Below, in pieces: positions 62,256-64,000 of a stretch of 64,000 bases of DNA. The stretch lies in assembly GCF_963676685.1 (NCBI RefSeq), contig NC_092354.1, positions 28,396,001 to 28,460,000 on the forward strand, given 5' to 3'. Source of the stretch: Mytilus edulis. Taxonomy: Eukaryota. The translations under genes were made by a program, and so were the position numbers. The number at the start of each line of letters is the position of its first letter. The first letter of the stretch is position 1. Below the pieces are notes generated by a model. It saw only the letters and a list, made by a program, of their open reading frames with translations, was not told the origin of the DNA and searched no databases.

Positions 62256-64000
62256 TACTTGTAAATATGAAATTCTCTTTACAGTATGAATTTTTCTCAT
62301 TGTTGGAGATTGTACAGTAGTACCTGTAACTGCTTATACCCATTTCTTATTCCCTTTATTTTGATAAACTCATAGAATATCATATTTACATTGTGCCACA
62401 TCTCCTTATTTTATGCATGACAATAACATGAACAATTGTAATTCAAATCTATATATCAAAGCAAAATGAATTTCACTACTTTCATTCATGCTTCCTTTGG
62501 CAAAATACAAGTTCTAAAATGACACAATATATGTTTATTTATCGACTCTGTTAGGTATTAAAAAAAATGCACAGCTCAGTGTGTCATGATTTGTGGAATT
62601 TGTGCTGAAAACATAGGCATTGATGGTGTTTGAGTAATTCCATCTGTGAAGCTCAACATTAGCTCGTCAGTTGGTGGTGGACAGTTGTAAATCTTTCCTG
62701 CAGGATGAATATCTGTTCAGGAAAACCAATTTCACAAATCAAAACTTTCCTCTAGATTTCTCCTACAATAGTCATCCAGTTTAGTTCTTTTGGTTCAACA
62801 GGACACCGTCCTGATTTTTAATTTTGCAAACCATTCAGTCTCTTGCTTACAAATGGTGCATGAAAATAGGATGGGAATGGAAGTAGACAAGCCTCTTTAA
62901 AGGGGGTTTGTGCCCTGAAAAAAGTTTTATAACATTAGCTTTTTTGAAACTTGTGAAAGACTTGTGCAACACACATACCTAAATAACTATAACATAGGTG
63001 GAGAGCATCATTCATGTCAATGTTTTGTTCCTGTTTACATTGTCATTGATATTTTTCAAGAGAGCCGGAGGCATAGCTCATGAATTCTTGTCATTACAAC
63101 CTAAATTAACATAATTACTGCTAAAATAATTATTAGTATAATATATCTCTTGTAGAAAAAGCATACAATTGTAGTATTAACCAAAAAATGTCAAACAGAT
63201 GATATATAAATTATGGCGTCTTGAATTCACCCCCCCCCCCCCCCCCTTTTTATTCTAAAACGATAATTGCGTTTGCAAACAGACTTTGGTTTACTTACAT
63301 GGCGATTATATAAATAACAGTATATATTTCTTAAAGAAAATCCAGTTTTACCATGAATAGTTTCCTGAACGTAGTCGTTTTCAGTAAAATGTGTCTTGCA
63401 AACAACAGCTGATTGATATGGGCTCTACGATTGCATCGCACGTTGAGCCATGGCGTTGATCCAACTTTTCCTCCTTATCAAGTCATTTAAAAATGCATGT
63501 CCTCCCCTTAAATGACACTCAGGTACACACCAACAAGGACTAGGCATCGTTAATTGTGTGGTTGTTTTGTAGTGTAAAAACGGAAGTTAAGGACGGAACT
63601 GATTAATTTCACTAATAAGAGACAAAAAGAATTTTAGAGACAAACAGCGACAAGAAGATAGGGTGAAGCTATGAAAAAGAAGAATTTCACTGTTAGAAAG
63701 GAAATTATATTGCATGGTTTTGATTCAATAAATTCTTTAAAAGGAAATTGGATTTTTTTTGTTTTGATTGCCAATTTTTAGCGTGTGCTTAAAACATATT
63801 TTTTTTATATCTTATAAAAACTAGACAATCCCTTTCTTAATAAAAACTTATTTTTTTATCTATCAATGTACAGTAATATAAAAAATGTTTTATAACCGCC
63901 CCTACAATAAAAAATAATGCATGTTTTTTTTTTAATATCTATTGGGAGTAAGTTGTTGCAATGATATTTTTTTTATTTATGTATAGTCGCTTTATAGTCT

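Noticed and set aside
1-64000. tRNA or rRNA genes; prokaryotic or viral operons
   Set aside because: No cloverleaf or rRNA signatures recognised; coding density is low and the genes have spliceosomal introns.

Overview
AT-rich eukaryotic DNA with spliceosomal introns, dense in repeats, and with no intact host gene that I can identify. The repeat families suggest a bivalve, probably a Mytilus-type mussel (inference). Main contents: (1) A complete 10.9-kb PIF/Harbinger DNA transposon (42418-53325) with 23-bp imperfect TIRs and an ATT target-site duplication (TSD). It carries an intact 2-exon DDE transposase (-) and an intact 5-exon Myb/SANT partner gene (+). It also holds an intact IAP-type RING-finger exon (48604-48752) whose splice phase lets it act as an alternative last exon of the partner gene; this is the most novel signal. 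(2) A full-length but inactivated L1/Tx1 non-LTR retrotransposon (22040-29050, 15-bp TSD, poly-A) with a long, hydrophobic, Cys-rich extra reading frame between ORF1 and ORF2. (3) Type I hammerhead-ribozyme repeats (retrozyme-like, ~356-nt unit), present as a four-ribozyme tandem array (38856-40076) and as dispersed copies, with a second hammerhead-like motif on the opposite strand. (4) Decayed MULE, KDZ/Zisupton-like, Academ-like and BEN-domain coding remnants, several Helentron-type (HINE) elements with internal tandem repeats, MITEs and SINE-like repeats. All calls come from reading the sequence by eye; no database searches were run.
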